From Enoplolaimus lenunculus (lineage: Eukaryota), in contig JASANG010003092.1 of NCBI GenBank assembly GCA_030248215.1, positions 558,001 through 622,000 on the forward strand: a DNA stretch of 64,000 bases, written 5' to 3'. Both the position numbers and the translations under genes were made by a program. The first letter of the stretch is position 1. Every line of letters starts with the position of its first letter. This document shows positions 53,101 through 64,000 of this stretch, one piece after another. Under the pieces are notes generated by a model. The model was not told the origin of the DNA, made no database searches, and saw only the letters and a program-made list of their open reading frames with translations.

Positions 53101-56100
53101 TTTTTTAGCTAAAAGTAAGCTGAAATTTTTTTCTCCAGACGGAGAAGTAAAAGTTGCCAAACGGGTGTAGGTATTGCAAATTTTTCTAATTGAAATTCAC
53201 GTAAGCAAACAATTTGCCAATTTTATAAAACTGTTCTTGGCTGCCTTACTTGTAAAAATATGTTCTTATTCAAATTCTGGTAATTGAAGCAATTTATCGT
53301 TTTAAAATGTTCTTTGCCGGGCCGGTACTAACATGAAACGATGCTTGCGTGGCGACTGCACAGCTCATGAAATTTTTAATTCCAGAATTAAAACAACTCA
53401 AAAACTGAATTTAAATTTAGATCTAATGTACGTATACATTAAGCAACGAATAATTTCAAGTCTGATTGGGCATTGTTGAAAATTTCGCCAAATTCCGGGT
53501 TCTGTTCCTGATTCTCCGGTTCGGGTAAAATTTAGTATGTATATATTGCAAAAAACCAGTCTGGTATGTAATTTTTGTTTCGTTCGAAGACGTAATCTTG
53601 TATGACTACTGATGCCTGGTGGTACTAGAGCTAGACCCTCCTTTTGCAATTGTTGTGTAGGCGTTTAGAAATTTTTCCCTTGATAGCACAGGAAAATCTT
53701 CGAAAATTTTATTGGACACAACACCCATGGCAAAACGCTGGCGGTGCCCGCGTGTTATAGCATTGTTTTATTTATTTAATTTGAATAATACAGATAAAAT
53801 ATAAAGCAATAATTGCCGACATATATACGTATTCTGTGCAACATTTTCGATTTTGTAAATTTAATCAAGGAATAACACTGTCGCATTCAAGGGAACACCA
53901 CCACGAGCTAAGGCCCACTAACAGCGGTCAAAATCAATATTTTGTATGAATAGTTTTGGAATAAAACGGTGTTTAGCTTCTCGCTCGCTTCGCTTGCAAG
54001 TGTTTGCCACGAATAAGTCTCGCGTGCCCTCGTTAGCAAAAATCTCTGAATCCACAGATCCGTGTACTGAATTGGGATTGTTTGGGCAAAAAGTTTGCTT
54101 GAAAAACAAAATTATTTCACTTTGAACTGTGTTAGCTTGAAATCGTTGCATGTATGTTGATTGCGATCCTAAACGCAAATTGCAAGGTAACCGTGGGAAC
54201 GCGACTATTGCGAGGGCAACAGAAAGAAACGTTTTTTCGAGAGCGGGCGTAGCGAACGAGGAAATGTTTTTAACCTATGATTAAAGTTCCTTGGTTATTT
54301 TTCTAACCCTATCAAAACTACGTTTTTCTGGTTTCCAAAAATTAAACGGTGGTTATGTTTCTCGTTTACTCGACTTGTACACTCAGTTGATAAGTTGGCT
54401 AAACGTTTAACACTGTAAAAGGTTAATTTTGAATTCGAAACGTATTAGGCAAACTTTCATTTACTGGTGTACAGCCAAATTTTCATCGCTCTGATCAAAG
54501 TTCATTAGGCATCACTGCCAAGATGGTAAAACAAAAAGTCTTCGCGTTGTCTGTCATTTTTTGAAACTGGAGTAAGAAAGTTGTTTTCCGGCTACTGGTA
54601 GTGGTTGTGTTTATACAGATTCCAGTGGAAATTGTTTAATTGGTAATTTGAGCTTACATGTGATGCAGTAATTCTAACAAAGTTAAAACGCAATCGGTTG
54701 TTTTAATTGGAAGTTTGGTTTCGTTTGATGTAAAACTTTCGAGCACAATAACATCGTAGACATCTGTAATCGAATTCTTGTTGGAATTAAAATATTTTGA
54801 TTAGTTAGTGTTTGTTTATAGATTTGTAAGTGTTAATTTGAAGAACTCATGAACAGAAATGGTGTATTTTTCAAACGAGGAAGTAAAAACGAAGGAATTA
54901 ATTTTTTTTATCAAAATAGAAAGGATAATATGTTATATAAAACTCACGGCAAGGCACAATCGTAAATTCGACTCCTACTCCGGACGCAGTAGAAAATCGA
55001 CGTCTTCTGGCTTTGGCTCCGGATCTTGTATAATTTTTGCCGGTGGTTTCGGCGATTTCGCTAGTGAAATTTTATATAGTTTTACAAAAATGGTATTGGT
55101 CCGTTGGTTTGGCGTTTAGTTTTGGTGCCATTTTAAATAGTTAATTCTGTTGGGATTTCATAATAAAATATGACTAAAACCAAAATTTTTTTGACCACAC
55201 GTTACAGATTTTTTTGCTAAAATTAGCAAGTGAATCTTTATTTTAACTACAAAATTTTACTTCACCTCCTGCAAACTGATGAGCTGTAGTTTCGGCTTTT
55301 TACCTCCTGTTGCACCCTGCCAATTTATATATAAAGCTACGTACGGATTGGCCAACTTTTTCGGTGAAAACACAAATTGTACAGTTTTCATTGGAACCGC
55401 GTTTGAATTTGTTGTTCTTCAGAATGCTGGTAGATAAATTGACTCATCAACGTCAACGTCTGTGTTCAATTTTAAAAATGTATCTGTGATATTTTTGTGC
55501 ATTATGATTGGAATATAGGCATACGCATAAACCCAACGTTTTATAAATATTTCAAAATAATACCGCTGGTTGTTAATTTTTTAGTCGTAATTCATAAGCT
55601 ACGGATCAGTAACATGTTACAGCTTCTTCGATATCGTGTACGTATTGCGAAACGTATATGAATACTTGTGTTTAACCACTGATGTGCTAATGTTTGGTTT
55701 TTCTTAGTATTTCCTTGAAGCGTAGAATGCTTATTTTATTTTTTAGTTATAGTGAGCAACAACTGTGGCACGCACTTGGAATATGGCAAGACGAACCGGA
55801 AGCGTGGTCGTACGTCGCGGAAAAACCGGTAATTTCACGAATGCACGCAAAAGACGTCAAACGACAAGATATCATATACGAGCTGATCTTGTCTGAAAAT
55901 GTATACTGCCGCACATTGGTTATTTTGAAAGAGGTCGGTTTGGTTTTTATTCTAATTGTATATTAATAAGCTATATTTTAATAGGTGTTAGTAGCCGCTA
56001 TTGTCAGTTAGTGATAGGTTTTGTAACTTTCGACCAACTAAAATGTGAAACTTAACTGTTGTGACGGGCATCGTGCGAATTTTTTTCTAGTTGACGCTAC

Positions 56101-59100
56101 AACTATATTGCTTCATTGGAAACATGTCAATAACAAACGATAGGCCCTATATATAGTATTTGATAATGATGGCAAAGACATCAGTATTTCGTAAGCGTGT
56201 GCAAATTTATTGGACGAACTTTTAACCTCATAATGCATTTTGGATTTCCGGATAACATTTCTGTTTCCGGATAACCTTATTCTTTTCGGATGCGCGTATT
56301 TGTATATGCATAGTATGTAGGGCTCATCTGGAACAGAGCTATTTATTACGAGTCCAGTGAACACCAGCTGGATGCTGCATAAGTTCGTAGACATTTCAGC
56401 TTGATAAGAAGGGTCACAAATGATTCAGGGGTGCCACGAGAGGGGTTTACTTATGGAAAAAACGTTTTCAATTGTATTTTGTTTTCAGACATACTATGAA
56501 ACGTTGCGGAACGCAGGATTTGATGCTGAAAAATTGGAGCAATTAATTCCGCGACTCGAACCATTACTTGCGATACATTATGCGTTTTTGGTTGATTTAC
56601 GTCGCCGGCAACAAGCAGCTTCAAGCTGTATTGTTGACAGTGTTGCTGATGTACTGATTGAGCAGGTACGTATAGTTGTTTGGGGTTTAAGCGAGTATTT
56701 GAAACGGTGGGATTTTAAACACTAATGTGAAATTCATAATATAAAAGGTTTAATCGTACGTCTTAAAAATTTCGATTAAATGATTGATTATACTCATGTT
56801 TCAAGCATCGTTCTATCTTTAGTGATATCAAGAGTGCATGATACCCTTGAACAAGAGTATGGAACTGGGTACATTCTATGTAGAAAAAATGTACCCAGCG
56901 CTCGTTGCGTTTTTGGCTCACCCCCCGTATTTGGGGGGTGGGGGTGGTCAAAATCTCCATCGATGTTGAAATTCATGTGCTATTGTATATACTAAAATGT
57001 GGTCCGATTATATTTTCGGTATTGGTTGGCGGATACACGTGTAAAATGAACGTAAAATTACCCCCCCCCCCAAATGAGGGGGGGGGGGGTAGGACCAAAA
57101 CGCAATGAGTACTGGTAGATTTAGTTCAATGCAAAACAAGGCGTTTTGCATACTATTGTTTAAGGGATCATCCACTCTTGGTTATATCAATTAGTAAAAA
57201 TTGTTATAGTTTTCCGGTTTGCGCGGTGATAAAATGCTTGATGCGTATGCCGAGTTTTGTTTCCGCAAAGACGCCGCTGTTGCCGAGTACAATCGATTAC
57301 GGGCGACCAACGCGCAGTTTGATGCTGTGATCAGGGTAAGAACGCTGTGAAGTTTAGCAATTAATGTCGTTCATGCTGCTAGATGTACAAGTACATAGGA
57401 TTTTTTAAGGATAGCGCGTAGTCATTTGAAGAATCTTAGGTTTAGATCTCTCAATTTTTATAAACCAAAAAGTCGCTTCGTGTCCTTTTTCGTAGTGGTC
57501 AGATATTTTCAACACATGCCAATATGGCGGATTTTTGTAACAGAATCAAAATGTTTTGCAGCCTGTTCTTAGGACCTGTACTAATACAAAATCCTGGCTA
57601 CTTCAGTGTTGTAAGAGCAACATTTTATTTGATTGTCAAATTTTGTGCATTTAAAACTTCAATGGTCGTAAACTAAAATTTGAAGGTTGGGGTGGTGTTA
57701 CTGATAATATTGCGGCTGGGACCAGGTGTGGGAGATAGCGAGACTAAGAATGTTATAGTTATAGAAAAGCATTACGCTTGCGCTCAGGAATATACGTCGT
57801 TAGGCTACTAGCTGGCATATGTTTATTGTTAACATAGGCCTTGAAAAGTATAAGACAGCCGTAAGGCGTGTATGTAATTTGGTTGCAGTCTATTACATCT
57901 ACCGCATCGTACAAGGGTCGATCTCTTCCTGATTGTCTGTTGAAAGTTGCACAACGACCAACAAAATATCACGTGCTTGTTGAGCAGTTAAGAAAAAATA
58001 CAAGAGGTAAGTGCGGTTTTATTCGCCGCGAGCAAATGCGTACAAAATACTTATCTATTTCAATTTGATTGCGTATTTTAATTTGAATTCGCAAACCATT
58101 AACAGAGTAACTAACAATTCGTTTTGGAGAGTCAAACAACCAACTGGTCTCTCGTTCCGTACGCCATCTGGCTCGTTGTTTGAGTATACAGCCTTTTGCA
58201 TCTAGGTGGTACTGAAAAGCGTTTAACTGTTTTATTTAGTGTTTTCTTCATGGGTTTGTCGTTATTTTTTAGTACAATTATTTTGTTCAGTTACTTTATT
58301 TTGTTGAGCTTTTTAGCAGAAACCGGTGATGTTGAACGTATCCAAGACGCTGAAACTGCAGTAAAAGCTTTACTATCTCGTATCAATGCAACGGTTGAAA
58401 AGCAACTGCTGGAAGCGACACGGCAACAAATTTATGCTGCTTTCGATACCCGGTCTGTGGTGGTTTGGGAAGGCAACCCGTTTACGGTAAGTCAATTTAT
58501 TACGAGATGGGTATTTTGCGACTGGCAGCCTTCTTACCAATATTAAGTTTAGTTGCATGGGCGTTGCTTCAACTTATGAATGGGGTTCCTTTTTATGTCT
58601 AAATCCCCTGAACAAAAATTCCAGAATGTTTGATCCCTTAAACAACTGGCTGAACCCTTGTCATTCGATATTGTATGTGTTATCGTTGTTGATTTCAGCG
58701 TGATGCCCTGATTGCACCTGAACGTAAATTGTGCCATATCGGCACTGTGTTGTGGCGGAATGCGCGTCAAAAGCTGGTCGCTGTGGAGATGTTACTGTTC
58801 ACCGATTTAATTGTGTTTTTGGACAAAGTTGAAAAAGGCTCCGGTGTCGATCGTGTTCATTATTCCTTTTGTGGCGAAGATAACAAGGTAAGTTAAGGGG
58901 TTCAGCCAGGATTTGAAAAGGGGATTACGTAACATAAAAAATTTCGAAGGGGGGTTCTTTCATATGTTACCAAATGGAAAAGTTATTAAAAACCAATGGA
59001 GGAAAATACCAATGGGAATTTGATGATAAAACCCTCTGGCTACTACGGTTTTGTGCTTGATTGCAATTTAGCGTTTGTTTCGTGAAATAATTGGCTTCCG

Positions 59101-62100
59101 GTTTGAGCGTATTGTATGTGAAATATATTGATCTGGTACTCCTTTGAATCATAATAACTCAAGATATGGGTGTAGCCTTGGAATATAATTTTAGCTTTCG
59201 CTAGTTGTTTTCTGGCGGCGAATGCCCTTTTGGTTTTTTGTTAAGATCTAGCATATTTTTAAAAATAATATTTTAAAGAATTTGATCTTGTATGCAATTT
59301 CATTTGGAACCTTTAAGTATACGTGTTTTCGTTTGTTTTCAGTCGTGCATTGTTCCTTTGCATAAATTGCTGGTTCGCGAGAAAGCGGGTCGATCAGGCT
59401 CACAAGGTCTGTATCTCATAGCGTCGGCTCCAAAACCAGAAATGTACGAAATTTCAACAGAGAAAAAGAAGGATTTGGTCCGATGGTTAACGAAAATCAA
59501 CGCAGCGATTGAAGCGTGTCCGTTAGCAGGAGGGCCTGGGTTAGGTGAGTTGCAAGTTTCATGGGCATAGCCACGGGTTCTGAATGAAACGAAATTTTTC
59601 TTAAAGTTTAAAAAGGTTAGGGTCCTCTCTACGAAAATTTGTCACACAAAAATTCGCATCTATTGTCGTGTCTGACAATACTTGTTTTGTAGCTAGGTCA
59701 GTGGCCTTTGTTATTGTATTTTTGCTGGTTCTTAGGCCATAGAAAGTTATAATAACTCTGATTGTTGCAATAATGAAGGCCGAAAGGCTTAGTTATCACG
59801 AAACTTATTGGCGATTCCTAAGGTTGATACGCCAGTTTGCAGTGTTCCGCTGAATTTATTTTATAAATTAATGTTTTTAGTTTAGAAGCAGGTTAGGCAT
59901 ATACTCAAAGATTGTGTACACTTTGCAGTTTTTTTATTTTTTAACATTTTACTTTGTTATATCATCATACTTTCTAATACTGGGTATCCGCCGAATTTAG
60001 AGATCGTGGTTTTAATGGACGCCTTGTCGTCTGGGGTAGTAAAGTTTCATGAACAATTATTTTGTATCAGTACTGTACATCGGGGTTCAGCCGGATACCA
60101 AACATACTGACCGGAGGCGGATATTTAGGTGCATATTTCAGCAAAAAGTAAACTGAATCGCGCTGATTTAGTACCACTTGCTGCTATATTTGATAATTTG
60201 TTTGCGCAAGAGACATAATGTTCACTGGACTTCTTCAAGTACATACTTATTTTTTACTATTTCGAATAAAATTCACAGCGAAATATTGTGATTTGGTCGC
60301 AAATAAAAGTATAATGTGGTGGTATCCGTTATACTTTTCAGCGAATGTTGATTTTTGCCGTAGCCGGATATCCGGTTATAGCTTGCTGTATATTTTGTGT
60401 TTTGCCGTTAATGTATCTTTTTCTATTTCTGTCAGATATTGCAATGGCTGTTGACATATCCTCAGGATCAATTGAACCTGAAGAACCTGATCGTAATCAG
60501 CTTGTTTGGCAAGAAATTATGACAATTTTGAGTAAGTCGTGTGTTGGATTATTTTACTGCATATTACCAAAGTTTTTGTTAGGAATCGACCCTACTATGT
60601 TGTTTGCGACAAGAATAATCTTTTTGCGTTATTGTATTAAAAATTTACTAAATTCTTGCTTAAAAAGGCGGATACGTTTTTGTAAAAATTAAGCTTTAAT
60701 ATTATAATACTGTGTTTGCAGAATTTGCAGTATAGTTATTGTATTAATATTGATTTTCGTTTCAGAGGATAGCTCATCTGGTGCTGGCGAAATCCAAGCT
60801 TTCTTTCAACATACGATTTCGAATTACAAATCTTTACGGGTAAGAGTGACACTGTATTTTTTAAAAATTTAATGTTATCCGTTGCCATATAGCGTACGAT
60901 GACGGACGGTGACAGTTATAGCGCCACGACATGATAATTTGCATTGTCAATTATTTCTTATTTTAGTCACACTTTGTAGCGACGAAGTATGAAAAATATA
61001 ATTTTTATTCCGATTATAGATTTTATTCGTAATTTTGTTTCAGAGTGCCGTGGAAAAACTGGATCTTAGCGGAAACCGGTTTGCGTGTGAAAAACTAATC
61101 ACTCAATTGTGTCAACACTACGAACGTATGTTATTGTCAGCCGGCCCGGCTCGTGAAATCATTCAATGGCCTTCAATGTTAATTCTGAAAGATTTAACGA
61201 CATACGTGCAACAACAATGCTTTGTCAGTCACAGTAACAGCCGGTCTGATGTACCGAAACGAGCGGAAACGTTTCATGGCACCTGCGATTCAATAAGCAG
61301 TAGTAATAATGGCGGCAGCAATGCTGGCAGAGTGATGCCAGGGCGCGGCGGCGCAGTGGCGCGATCGGTGGAACGAGGAGCGAGAGGCCGTGAGTTAAAA
61401 CCCGGCTGGGGAAAGGGTAATTGTTGAGCTGGTAAGGGGCGTATTCAAAAAGTTGCTGATTCAAGGACCATCTCATAATAACCTGTGAGTTTGAGTTTTA
61501 CCGTAATCACGGTTTGGATTTAGCGAAAGATTTGCAGTTGTGAAGCGTTTGGTTGGGTAACATTGTAGCGCGGTCAAAGAAAGGTAGCTTCTGCAATATT
61601 TTAGGTAACTGAAGTGCGCATTTTGGTGGATTGGGTTTTAAAAACCGAATTCAATAAGGTTCTGAAACACCCGGTTGTGTTTTCGAAACGCAAAATTGAG
61701 TTCGAACACACTTTATCACATTTATAGTACTTGTAGTACTTGCGATTCGAACGTTAGTACACGTTTCAATAGATTCTGCTTCGATATTTGAGAATTCACA
61801 CCATTTTTGTTGCTTCCTATGGCTAGGTTTGCTACGATGATATGGCGAACGGTGCAGTTATAAATACGTATTCAATACATTTATCCAAAACAAAAGGATC
61901 TTTTAAAATAAGGATGCGGATTTGTAATCGAATTCGGCGAAATCGCAATGGGTTCGGAATGGGTCAAATCATGGCGTGGCATAGCACGTCGAACTTAAAT
62001 AATTTGAATCCGACTATGTGCATGATCTGAAGTGTTATCGTATCGTTTTCTGTTGCAGTTGTTCAGATAAGCAGCCCGTATTATCTATTTAATTATAACT

Positions 62101-62597
62101 GGGACTCCAAAACATAAACGCGTTGCCAATTCTGGCAACTGCTTTTCTAGTACAGTATTTTTATTACTTGTCTTGCTATATTTATTTCAGGTGGAATCAA
62201 AAAACATCACACAGTGTCTGGCGTTAGTCAAGAATCGGTCGCTGCAATCAGTGTTGCAACTGCAATTGCATCACGACAACGGCCAACATCTTCAGATAGT
62301 AGTCTAGCGTCGTCGTCTGCATCGTCTACGACTGCATTAATTACAGGTCAAGCAACAACAAGAACAACTGCTAATCCTGCGGAACAGTCTAGACGGGCTA
62401 CGACAGGCCTAGACATTGCCTCGAAGACAGAAAACTCCGGGCAGATGTCGACCGCACGAGTAGACTCAGAAATACGGCATGAGGCGGCGCCAGGGACTGG
62501 GTCTTGCTCTACAGTTTTTGGTGGGGGTGGGGGAGGTTTGACATCCGCGTGCCAAGAAATTACTGAACGATTACTAGGAAGACTAGAAGCGCTTGAG
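9605..62597 (+). CDS. Lbc-family Rho guanine nucleotide exchange factor (ARHGEF2/ARHGEF18/ARHGEF28/AKAP13-like; C1-DH-PH), multi-exon, 3'-incomplete
   Basis: Phase-compatible GT-AG exons: 9605(or 9671)-9677, 11030-12123, 12973-13551, 14033-14108, 14493-14802, 15176-15287, 15886-16012, 16308-16378, 16965-17070, 34442-35273, 55747-55933, 56489-56665, 57210-57335, 57889-58006, 58317-58486, 58699-58887, 59343-59544, 60436-60531, 60766-60839, 61044-61389, 62191-62597 (5472 nt, open throughout). Family motifs: EPEAWS..KDVKRQDIIYELILSE..RTL, QFSG..YAEFC, VAQRPTKY, LLFTDLIVFL, LHKLLVREKA, PEMYE, PKRAETFHG. Joining the N-terminal half to the DH half across the two large introns is inferred from phase and from the family architecture. 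Confidence 0.85.
11030..12123 (+). CDS. RhoGEF exon 2: long acidic, low-complexity N-terminal region
   Basis: Acceptor ttggtacag at 11029 (phase 1, matches ATGGAAG|gtaagt at 9677); donor CAG|gtaagt at 12123; contains the 362-aa ORF. Confidence 0.8.
12170..12801 (-). mobile_element. Helentron/HINE-like element, copy 2 (in RhoGEF intron 2)
   Basis: Same termini as copy 1; asymmetric subterminal IR TTGAGCGAAG (12194) / CTTCGCTCAA (12792-12801); two internal tandem units. Confidence 0.78.
12973..15287 (+). CDS. RhoGEF exons 3-6 (Ser/Thr-rich disordered region)
   Basis: Exons 12973-13551, 14033-14108, 14493-14802, 15176-15287 with canonical splice sites; end phases 0, 1, 2, 0 chain without stops. 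Confidence 0.8.
15886..16378 (+). CDS. RhoGEF exons 7-8: C1 (zinc-binding, DAG/PE-type) domain
   Basis: Spliced translation HFFIALHPIPKHFKCDGC...ALTCNSCGVAVHDQCKTEVMGCTK gives the H-C-C-C-C-H-C-C C1 pattern; intron 16013-16307 is GT-AG. Confidence 0.88.
22160..22287. repeat. Inverted repeat / hairpin with about 48-bp arms
   Basis: TTTTTGAGTAGTTTGAGCTATTAGAGTGTCGCTTGACTTCGGTCTGGA ... TCCAGACCGAAGTCAAGCGACGCTCTAATACCTCAAACTACTCAAAAA. Confidence 0.9.
22850..23052. repeat. Dispersed repeat (GTCGCC/GACAA subrepeats, TTAGG-like core, ..TAGATC end); relatives near 30175-30410 and 41840-41987
   Basis: Shared GTTGGGCG-CAA-TTGTCGGG-GACGAAT..TAGATC block. Confidence 0.6.
26962..27140. mobile_element. 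Merlin-like MITE (same TIR as 3551-6308) with degenerate GCCTAA repeats
   Basis: GGCCAATGCTACTTTATGGGGCGT ... ACGCTCCTTAAAGTAACATGGGCC; flanks AATTGCTG / AACTGATG (6/8). Confidence 0.68.
27184..27363. mobile_element. hAT-type MITE (CAGTGGCGGATCC TIR)
   Basis: CAGTGGCGGATCCAGG ... CATGGATCCGCCATTG; TSD ATAATATG / ATGATATG (7/8). Confidence 0.75.
28100..28210. repeat. (GCT)n(GTT)n microsatellite
   Basis: Directly visible. Confidence 0.9.
28919..29207. mobile_element. hAT-type MITE (CAGGGTTCCA TIR)
   Basis: CAGGGTTCCAACCGG ... CCGATGGAACCCTG; exact 8-bp TSD CTAATTTC. Confidence 0.85.
30460..30821. repeat. Near-perfect tandem duplication of about 180 bp, bounded by (AAT)n
   Basis: AAATAGTACAACAAAC...AAAGTGACCTCA occurs twice (30477-30633, 30665-30821) with one substitution seen. 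Confidence 0.92.
32345..32747. mobile_element. hAT-type MITE with CCGGAA subterminal repeats
   Basis: TIR CAGGGTGCAACCGGAATT / AATTCCGGTTGCACCCTG; exact TSD ACGGACAC. Confidence 0.9.
34442..35273 (+). CDS. RhoGEF exon 10 (Ser/Thr/Pro-rich linker between C1 and DH)
   Basis: Acceptor tttatttaag (phase 1, matches exon 9); donor AG|gtaaag (phase 2, matches the exon at 55747); contains the 253-aa ORF. Confidence 0.75.
36161..36471. repeat. Diverged tandem duplication of about 160 bp
   Basis: Two units, each with TACATC.AGTAG..CGAATTTG...ATGGATCCTGATGTGTGAT.CATG. Confidence 0.7.
36606..37040. mobile_element. hAT-type MITE, inverted copy of the 32345-32747 family
   Basis: CAGGGTGGCAACCGGAATT ... 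AATTCCGGTTGCACCATG; TSD CCACTGAC / CCACTAAC (7/8). Confidence 0.85.
37070..41378 (-). CDS. Class A (rhodopsin-type) peptide GPCR, FMRFamide-receptor-like, 4 exons, 1082 aa, nested antisense in a RhoGEF intron
   Basis: Exons (minus) 41378-40650, 40456-39970, 39706-39458, 38853-37070; end phases 0, 1, 1; 3249 nt open. Signal-peptide-like N-terminus and S/T/P stalk; TM1 (..AITTNTLL), TM2 YLGVLAILD, TM3 ..YLIVAATVERAY, TM4 ..LKLCSMWE, TM5 QVFFPFAMLLVLNATIV, TM6 RDATKLLIALVSTYLVTN, TM7 ..NGAARLAIYYNCNKQLRDEI. Confidence 0.92.
39062..39256 (+). mobile_element. Helentron/HINE-like element, truncated 5' fragment (in GPCR intron 3)
   Basis: Reverse complement of the 4846-5070 / 12586-12801 end, including GGTGGATGTCCGTCCGTCCGAAAAGAATCTC. 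Confidence 0.8.
42830..42950. repeat. (AAT/GAT/AAC)n microsatellite
   Basis: Directly visible; similar tracts at 20003-20032 and 48834-48886. Confidence 0.9.
43132..43546. mobile_element. hAT-type MITE with TTCCGA subterminal repeats
   Basis: CAGGGTGCAA ... TTGCACCCTG; exact TSD CTATATGC. Confidence 0.85.
46248..46446. mobile_element. Deleted or partial copy of the CCGGAA hAT MITE
   Basis: CCGGAAACGGAATCGGAACGGG..GTGAAAAAT..AACCTTAGTTGAA..CCGGAACC..TTGTACCCTG matches 32412-32747. Confidence 0.65.
49161..49942. mobile_element. Long-TIR foldback/MITE
   Basis: About 135-bp, highly similar inverted repeats at 49161-49294 and 49808-49942. Confidence 0.85.
49980..50806. repeat. 18-bp minisatellite (GGGGTGAAACCAACCGTT)n, about 46 units
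   Basis: Direct tandem array, more diverged at the 5' end; spans ORF 49978-50826 (GVKPTV)n. Confidence 0.95.
55747..58486 (+). CDS. RhoGEF exons 11-15: Dbl-homology (DH) domain
   Basis: KRQDIIYELILSE, LLAIHYAFLVDL, VADVLIEQFSG, YAEFC, LPDCLLKVAQRPTKY and LLSRINATV are DH conserved-region motifs; canonical splice sites. Confidence 0.93.
58699..59544 (+). CDS. RhoGEF exons 16-17: PH domain
   Basis: RKLCHIGTVLWRNARQKLVAVEMLLFTDLIVFL..DNK|SCIVPLHKLLVREKA..GLYLIAS..PEMYEI..RWLTKINAAI, typical of the Lbc-family PH domain. Confidence 0.92.
60436..62597 (+). CDS. RhoGEF exons 18-21: C-terminal region (continues beyond the window)
   Basis: Exons 60436-60531, 60766-60839, 61044-61389 (alternative phase-1 donor at 61416), 62191-62597; VPKRAETFHG resembles the Lbc-family LPRRAETFGG motif. 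Confidence 0.8.
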
Positions 62598-64000
62598 GTG
62601 AGTTATAAGTAGTACTATTTTGTGTTTTAATTTGTTTCTTTAGGTCGAGGTCGTACGTTTCTAGGATCTGTCGAGTTATTTTGTTAATTTCTGCTCAAAA
62701 GTGTATTCTTAGATATATTTTGCAGGGTTCCACCAGAATTCCTATTCCAGCCGGCATTCCTGCAAAAATCGTTCAGCAAGTCTCGGTATTTGGCAGGTCT
62801 CGGACTCGGTTTTTTGATTCTCGGTTGTTTGGAACTGAGACCAGAAACAGCAAATATATCGATGTTGTTGAGTTAAGTGATGCCTGATGAATAAAATTTC
62901 ACTGTGGATCTATGAATTTTCATAGTTACGCAATAATTATGAGCAGACTTTTTCAAAAACTACAAAAAACTGACAAACACAAAAAACTGCGAAAAGCCCA
63001 TTAAAAAGAATTTATTTTGAAATTTTGATTTTTACGGTAGTGATCAAAAATTTTGGTCGAAACTGAGACTTCTCATGGTAGGTCACGGTAGTCAGGTCTC
63101 AGTCTCGGTCCCGGTCTCGGTTTGTAATCGAAACAGCCCATTCCTGTTAAGTTGTTAAATTGAAAAATTTCGTTTAGTTCCTGTTCCTGTTCCGGCAAAA
63201 TTAAGTTCCTGTTGGAACACTGGTATTTTGCTAAAAGGGCATATAAATAATTTTCGATTGCTAGATGTGTACTCAAAACCAGAACGGTAGAGAAATGCTT
63301 ATCTGCTGCATCGAAATAATTGCATTAATTGTGCATTCTGGGAAGTAATTATGTTTAGCACATACCGCTGCATTGTTTCTGACTGATTTTGTTAAAAAAT
63401 TTAATCAGTTAGGCTGGGAAAGTTAATAAAGTTAATGACACAAAATCTCAGCACATTCAGCTTGATCGAAAGCTAAAAATTTCTATAGCAAATAGTTGGC
63501 TACTTAGAATTTTAAAACACTAGTTTTCAGCTGATATTAGGGTCCAAAAAACAACAAACGAAAAAAACCCCCAAAAAACTTAATTGCAGGATTTCGTCAG
63601 AGCTTGATAACCTATTGCAAAATGTTAGTAGGGGCTACACACGTTTGAGAATACGAGCCTAGTTTATATTTGAATTTTTTATGTGTATATTTGTGTGCAC
63701 GATTGTTAAAATCGCAGTGAAATAAATAAACAAATAGTGCGTGAAAACGCTCTACAAAATTGTTTTAATCGTGAATACAACAGTAAAAGCTTAATATGAT
63801 TGCTGCTGTCTTAAAACGATTCAATTATCACATTGGCAGCAGAGCAGTCTCACTTATGGCATAGCGGTGGCGGGCTTCAGGAATGAACCCCTTTAATGAT
63901 TTTTAACAAAGGTTTTTAGGAAGTTCTTCTTTAAAACAATTTTTAGTTAGCAATTGGAACTCTGTTTTGAAATTGTTGTAGAACTGTAATATTCCCCTTT

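Noticed and set aside
57061..57089. C10-AAATGA-G11 hairpin resembling a terminator
   Set aside because: Homopolymer runs in an intron, typical of the local MITE fragments; intrinsic terminators are not relevant in this context

Overview
AT-rich, intron-rich eukaryotic DNA, most likely from a nematode (inferred from interstitial TTAGGC repeats, TTTTCAG-type acceptors and a nematode-style peptide GPCR). The window is dominated by one very large + strand gene for an Lbc-family RhoGEF (ARHGEF2/18/28/AKAP13-like; C1, DH and PH domains plus a PKRAETFxG motif). I assembled it by hand from 21 phase-compatible GT-AG exons (9605..62597, about 1824 codons); it runs off the 3' end. Its 20.5-kb intron holds a complete antisense 4-exon class A peptide GPCR (FMRFamide-receptor-like, 1082 aa) with very long low-complexity intracellular loops 2 and 3. 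Its 17.4-kb intron holds candidate alternative first exons. Also present: an aberrant tRNA-like gene (Ser CGA anticodon on a short-variable-arm body), many non-autonomous DNA elements (hAT-, Merlin-, piggyBac- and Tc1-type MITEs, and Helentron/HINE-like elements), including a three-level nest, and 9-bp and 18-bp minisatellites. No CRISPR, rRNA or autonomous transposase was seen. All calls come from reading the sequence by eye; no searches were run.
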